A program made the translations under genes and the position numbers. A DNA stretch of 64,000 nt from an uncultured Clostridia bacterium (GTDB taxonomy: Bacteria > Bacillota > Clostridia > TANB77 > CAG-508): positions 69,599 through 133,598 of the forward strand of contig CANPVM010000002.1 in the NCBI GenBank assembly GCA_947581805.1. The letters run 5' to 3'. Below are positions 59,723-64,000 of this stretch, piece by piece (the first letter of the stretch is position 1; the number at the start of each line of letters is the position of its first letter). The notes under the pieces were generated by a model. The model ran no database searches. It was not told the origin of the DNA and saw nothing but the letters and a program-made list of their open reading frames with translations.

Positions 59723-60817
59723 TCATTTAAGTGATTTATAATATGCTTTTAGTTTTTTTGCTTCTTCATCAATATCAAAACATGCTTTTTTTATACATTC
59801 ACACATATTTTCCCTTTTGTATTCTGAATGCCTAAGCATATCATCTACAACAAATTCTTTTTCCGTATTAACATCAAATTTTTTAGCCAACTTTGTAATT
59901 ATTGCTACATTAGGTACACCTAATGAACAATAAGTCATTAAGCCAGATGCTTGAGCTTCAATAGCAACTATTCCAAATCCTTCAAAAATTGATGGTAAAA
60001 TAAAGAAATCAAATGATGATAATAAAACATTTACATCATTTCTTATTCCTGTCATTATAATAGATGATTCTAAATCTAATTTTTTGATATCACATAAAAT
60101 CTCCTGTTTTAATTTACCATCACCAACTAAAACAAGAACACTTTTAGGTTCTTTATAATGATATAATTTAAATATTCTTAATAATTCCTTATGGTTTTTT
60201 TCGCTAGAAAATCTACCAATATGACCTATCACTTTATAATCAAATGGAATATTTAATTCTTGTCTAATCTTTTCTCTGGATTTAGGATTATACATATACT
60301 TTTTCGAATCAATTGCGTTGTTTAAAATGAAAGATGATTCTCTTTTGCATTTTGGAAAAACAATAGTAGCATTTTTTGAGCAAGCGATATAATCTGTTAC
60401 AAAAAAACGCGAAAGTTTTATAATTATATAATTTCTAATTGCACTAATCTTTTTATTTGAATACTGCGTTGTATGGCTATGTTGAATAACGTGATTTATT
60501 CCATATACTTTTGCATGATTTGCAAAAAAAATATAAGAAAAAAGAGGATGGCAATGTATTGCTTTATATTGATTATAATGATTTTTAAAAAAATTTTTAA
60601 CTTTTCTACTATAGCTTATAGAAAAATAAGGTTTTCCAATATTATATATATTTCCACCATATTGCTTTATTTCTTTAGAAAAATCATTTTCAACTTCACT
60701 AAAATATAAAAAGTCAAATTGAATATCATGATATATTTTTGAATAATAATTCATAATAACATTCATGACACCACTACTTTTACCAATTGTAGAAACAATA
60801 TGTAATATTTTAATCAT
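59723..60817 (-). CDS. Family 4 glycosyltransferase.
   Basis: C-terminal 'PSIFEGFGIVAIEAQASGL' GT4 signature; 364 aa. Confidence 0.75.
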   Translation of the reverse strand: MIKILHIVSTIGKSSGVMNVIMNYYSKIYHDIQFDFLYFSEVENDFSKEIKQYGGNIYNIGKPYFSISYSRKVKNFFKNHYNQYKAIHCHPLFSYIFFANHAKVYGINHVIQHSHTTQYSNKKISAIRNYIIIKLSRFFVTDYIACSKNATIVFPKCKRESSFILNNAIDSKKYMYNPKSREKIRQELNIPFDYKVIGHIGRFSSEKNHKELLRIFKLYHYKEPKSVLVLVGDGKLKQEILCDIKKLDLESSIIMTGIRNDVNVLLSSFDFFILPSIFEGFGIVAIEAQASGLMTYCSLGVPNVAIITKLAKKFDVNTEKEFVVDDMLRHSEYKRENMCECIKKACFDIDEEAKKLKAYYKSLK

Positions 60818-62021
60818 GCTCGTTTACCTCTACTTTCTTATTAATACTATTAAAATTGCTCATTTTTAATATTAATAATATAAAAATTCCTGGTATAGAA
60901 AACATAGCCCCTCCAGATACGCATTTTGTTATATATAATATCAATAAGAAATATTCTATATATGACTTACATTCTTTAAATACTTGTATTAAGAAAGCTC
61001 CAAATAATATGACACCAATATAACCTGATTGAATTATTAATCTAGCCATAGAATTTATATAAACTGAAGTAACACCTAAAAATGTGTATTCATTTCCTAT
61101 TCCACAACCAAAATATTTTTGCATTCCAGTTAAATTACCAAGGTAATTGTAACTTTTACCTAATCTAGCTATAGACGAAAAATGAGTTGGCTTTGTTATA
61201 GCATCATCAAAAATTTTTCCGAAATTGCCCAAACCTTCTAATATAGTATTTAAATTTAGTATAATAACACTAATAATTGGCAAAAATATAAGTATAAATA
61301 ATATTGCTTTTTTTGTTTTTTTGATATTAATAAAGTACAACATATATAAAAATATTAGCATGTATATTGCAGATGTAGACGTAGATAAAAGTATTCCAAG
61401 TGTTAATAAAATAATAATATTTCTTTTATTTTTTATTGTGTTATCTCGCAATAAAAGAGCAATAGCACATATGACATGTGTTGAATAATACGCTGGTTCT
61501 CCAAAAAAAGAGGCTGGTCTATATGTATTTAATTCACTCAAATCTTCTGCAATATGTATAATAAAATGAAAATTAAATACATTTGGCAGTTTATAAGAAA
61601 ATAAAAATCCGAAAACACTTTGAATAATTATGTATATAGTGGCAATTGCAGCTACCTTTATTACACATTTAAAAAAGTAATTTAAATCTATCATTTGTCC
61701 AAAGGGAAATGACAATACTATTCCCCAAAGCATTAATTTCAATAAATATATAATAGCATTTTTTTGTAATATCGCATAATTTGGAAATAAAATTAAACTT
61801 ATTAGTGAAAGTAGTATTAATAGAAAAATTAATATAATAGGGCGAAAATCAATTTTTATATGTTTTGTTAACGCGGTAAAAATACCAAAAAGTGCATATC
61901 CAGATAAAATTAAATACATTAAAGAAATATTTTGTAAAAAAGAAAATGCATATGCACACAATATAAGTGATAATGACAACAAAAAAGCAAAAACTTTTTT
62001 TAAATTAATTGAGCTATTCAT
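60810..62021 (-). CDS. wzy: Wzy-type polysaccharide polymerase / O-antigen-ligase-like membrane protein.
   Basis: A 403-aa protein with about 10-12 TM helices and a large loop, in the locus position typical of Wzy. Confidence 0.55.
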   Translation of the reverse strand: MNSSINLKKVFAFLLSLSLILCAYAFSFLQNISLMYLILSGYALFGIFTALTKHIKIDFRPIILIFLLILLSLISLILFPNYAILQKNAIIYLLKLMLWGIVLSFPFGQMIDLNYFFKCVIKVAAIATIYIIIQSVFGFLFSYKLPNVFNFHFIIHIAEDLSELNTYRPASFFGEPAYYSTHVICAIALLLRDNTIKNKRNIIILLTLGILLSTSTSAIYMLIFLYMLYFINIKKTKKAILFILIFLPIISVIILNLNTILEGLGNFGKIFDDAITKPTHFSSIARLGKSYNYLGNLTGMQKYFGCGIGNEYTFLGVTSVYINSMARLIIQSGYIGVILFGAFLIQVFKECKSYIEYFLLILYITKCVSGGAMFSIPGIFILLILKMSNFNSINKKVEVNEHD

Positions 62022-62035
62022 AATTTCTCTCCATA

Positions 62036-62452
62036 TTATAAACTAATTTTTTCTCTTAAAATAGTTGATGATATTCCATCTGTATGTTTTAAATAAACTA
62101 CGTCAACATTATATTTTTTTAATTCTTTTTCTAAATTATTCCAATAATTTGTGTTTTTCCAATCATCACCAACAAAGACAACATCACATCCTAATTTCAA
62201 AATCATACGTATTTTATCCATATCTGATTGAACTACAACATAATCTACATACTTTATTGATTTAACTATTTCCATACGATTTTCAAGCTTAATAATAGGA
62301 TACTTTTTTTTTCTAGAATAACACAACTCATCTGTAGTAACAGCAACAACAAGATAATCACATAATTTTTTGGCATTTTTTAATATATTTAAATGTCCAA
62401 TATGAAACATATCATATACACCTGCTGTGTAACCTTTTTTATATTTTTTCAT
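62036..62452 (-). CDS. tagD: Glycerol-3-phosphate cytidylyltransferase (TagD/TarD-like).
   Basis: 'GYTAGVYDMFHIGHLNILKNAK' is the HxGH nucleotidyltransferase motif; 138 aa with TagD-like length and sequence. Confidence 0.85.
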   Translation of the reverse strand: MKKYKKGYTAGVYDMFHIGHLNILKNAKKLCDYLVVAVTTDELCYSRKKKYPIIKLENRMEIVKSIKYVDYVVVQSDMDKIRMILKLGCDVVFVGDDWKNTNYWNNLEKELKKYNVDVVYLKHTDGISSTILREKISL

Positions 62453-63302
62453 TCTTTACATACTCCTTATAATCTTTATTTACATCCCAAAATGTACAAT
62501 GACTTTGATAAATTTTTTTCGTTTCTTCATTTGGAAGACTCATATAATCACTTCCATATCTTATAGTAAGATACTCATCAACGCCGCATGGTACAGGAAG
62601 TTTTATTTTTTCAAAATTTATAAATTTTTGTTCCTTAAAACATCTTTTTGGATATACTGCATTTTTTAATTTTGCTCTGCCAAAAAAATGTCCTAAATAA
62701 TTTGTATTTTCATTTGAATATTTCTTTACAATATTAAAAATAACTTTCTTAGTATATTTATTTACAACTATATTTGCTAAAAGTATTAATACTTTTTTCT
62801 TAATTGAATTAGTTTTATATCCATTAATAACTAATGCCTTAGTTTTTAATAATGCTGCTGCATAATACTGACATTTTTGTTTTAATTTTGACGATGGCAC
62901 GTTATATAAGCACATTATATCAATATAAATACCACGATGGACATCTCTATCTTTCTTTGTATGCTCATCTAAAAAAGTAGTTCCATTCATCCTAATCTTT
63001 GAAAAATAATATGGATTCTCATAAGTATCTTCTTTTTGTAAATAAAATCTTTTTTTATCAATTTTATTTGCAGAACATAGTAGCTTATTATAATTTTCAT
63101 AATCCATAAAAACATCAAAATCATCATCCCATGGAATAAAACCAGCATGCCTAACTGCTCCTAATGCTGATCCTCCCATTAAAAAATATGTTATTTCATT
63201 TTCTTTACAAAATTCATCAAAATATGTAACTATTTCAAGGATTTTGTTTTGTAAAGTTTTAATTTTATACGTATCTGGTATTTCATCACGCATATATTTC
63301 AT
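62439..63302 (-). CDS. licD: LicD-family phosphotransferase (CDP-alcohol phosphotransferase to glycan).
   Basis: 'LMGGSALGAVRHAGFIPWDDDFDVFM' is the LicD DxD signature; 287 aa. Confidence 0.8.
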   Translation of the reverse strand: MKYMRDEIPDTYKIKTLQNKILEIVTYFDEFCKENEITYFLMGGSALGAVRHAGFIPWDDDFDVFMDYENYNKLLCSANKIDKKRFYLQKEDTYENPYYFSKIRMNGTTFLDEHTKKDRDVHRGIYIDIMCLYNVPSSKLKQKCQYYAAALLKTKALVINGYKTNSIKKKVLILLANIVVNKYTKKVIFNIVKKYSNENTNYLGHFFGRAKLKNAVYPKRCFKEQKFINFEKIKLPVPCGVDEYLTIRYGSDYMSLPNEETKKIYQSHCTFWDVNKDYKEYVKNEKI

Positions 63303-63326
63303 TGTTTTGCTTTTTTCCTTCCTTAT

Positions 63327-64000
63327 TTAGATTCTTCTTTTTATTGCATTAATTAGATAAAATGTGAAACAATAGAAACTATAAAATATATTTAAATGTT
63401 CTATATTTCTATACAAGTTCCATGTTTGTTTAATTGCATGGAATTTATTTGAAGATGAACTAACAATATTTCGTCTATAATATGAAAATACATCGTTAAA
63501 TCCGTAGGCATAATCAACAATCTTTAAGACTTTCCACCATGTAGCAGAATCTTCTGATTTAACATTAGGCATATAAATGTCTTCTTTTTTCAATTTATTC
63601 ATATCAAACATAACAGTAATTGTACTAATAATTGTGTTTTTTAATGCTTGTCTATAATTTATTTTTTTTGGAACAAAAACTTTTTTTCCATTTGGTATTC
63701 CATACTGATTTGCAAATTCATACCCAGTAAAAGAAAAAGCACAATCTTCTTTTTTCATAAATTTTAATTGTTCTTCTATTTTATTACTATCCCATAAGTC
63801 ATCAGCATCTAAAAAACAAATATATCTACCGGTTGCTTTTTCTATTCCTTTGTTTCTAGTAATTGCTGCACCATTATTTTTATTTTGAGCAATCAACGAA
63901 ATTCTTTTATCATCTTTTATATAACTTTTAATTATATTTACACTATTATCTATAGAGCAATCGTCAACTAAAATAAGTTCCCAATTTTTATATGTTTGTG
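63327..64000 (-). CDS. Family 2 glycosyltransferase; 5'-partial, continuing beyond the window.
   Basis: 'ITRNKGIE..GRYICFLDADD' is the GT2 DxD motif. The reading frame stays open upstream of the ORF-track start (..WELILVDDCSIDNS..). Confidence 0.7.
   Translation of the reverse strand, partial: QTYKNWELILVDDCSIDNSVNIIKSYIKDDKRISLIAQNKNNGAAITRNKGIEKATGRYICFLDADDLWDSNKIEEQLKFMKKEDCAFSFTGYEFANQYGIPNGKKVFVPKKINYRQALKNTIISTITVMFDMNKLKKEDIYMPNVKSEDSATWWKVLKIVDYAYGFNDVFSYYRRNIVSSSSNKFHAIKQTWNLYRNIEHLNIFYSFYCFTFYLINAIKRRI

Noticed and set aside
1-64000. CRISPR arrays and tRNA or rRNA genes.
   Set aside because: There are no regularly spaced 25-40-bp direct repeats and no tRNA-like GTTCGAATC / TAGCTCAG boxes. 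The only multi-copy element is the dispersed terminator-like repeat, whose copies are kilobases apart.

Overview
This is a 64 kb window from a low-GC, endospore-forming Firmicute that looks Clostridia-like. The evidence is AT-rich codon usage, sporulation and germination genes (gerK-type A/B/C operon, spoIIM), a SCIFF peptide gene and ppdK. Most of the window is dense housekeeping.

From left to right the genes are:
- the germinant receptor operon, then metK, rnr, secG, a frameshifted RluA-family pseudouridine synthase, and the ftsH-DUF1189-cysS-PBP1A block
- rny, xerD, spoIIM, an endonuclease-Q-like PHP protein, tmcAL and rnhA
- a BI-1-family gene with a nonsense codon, a class B PBP, a Ppx/GppA-like ASKHA protein and mgtA
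- a small accessory patch (DinD/Bro-N-like, hydrolase, Sel1, GNAT), then rlmD and an orphan SCIFF precursor with no maturase
- ppdK, two tandem MraZ/AbrB-like paralogues, a multiply frameshifted uvrB, two small secreted anchored proteins, smpB and fba
- a beta-CASP MBL nuclease, then a convergent IbrA/IbrB-like operon (PAPS-reductase-like, small ORF, ParB-like), and a frameshifted 1-Cys peroxiredoxin
- from 52.2 kb to the window end, a minus-strand capsule/exopolysaccharide locus: CpsB/C/D-type phospho-regulation, GT2 and GT4 glycosyltransferases, Wzx, a pyruvyl transferase, Wzy, TagD and LicD

The most notable signals are:
1. Nine single-C insertions, each immediately 5' of a coding-strand GG, break five otherwise conserved genes: rluA-like, rnhA, uvrB, prx and one more uvrB site. 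Removing the C restores the canonical motif every time. This is either a systematic sequencing artefact or a real mutational signature.
2. A roughly 58-nt GC-rich structured repeat occurs in three near-identical copies (plus one degenerate relative), always abutting the stop codon of a minus-strand gene and acting as a terminator.
3. The SCIFF ranthipeptide precursor stands alone as its own transcription unit, with no radical-SAM maturase nearby.
4. The IbrA/IbrB-like ParB plus PAPS-reductase operon is of unknown function.
5. Several candidate cis-regulatory structures: a long inverted repeat in the mgtA leader, mutually exclusive hairpins upstream of ppdK, and a shared AGAGACAT palindromic motif upstream of both fba and ppdK.

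I found no CRISPR array and no tRNA, rRNA or tmRNA genes.
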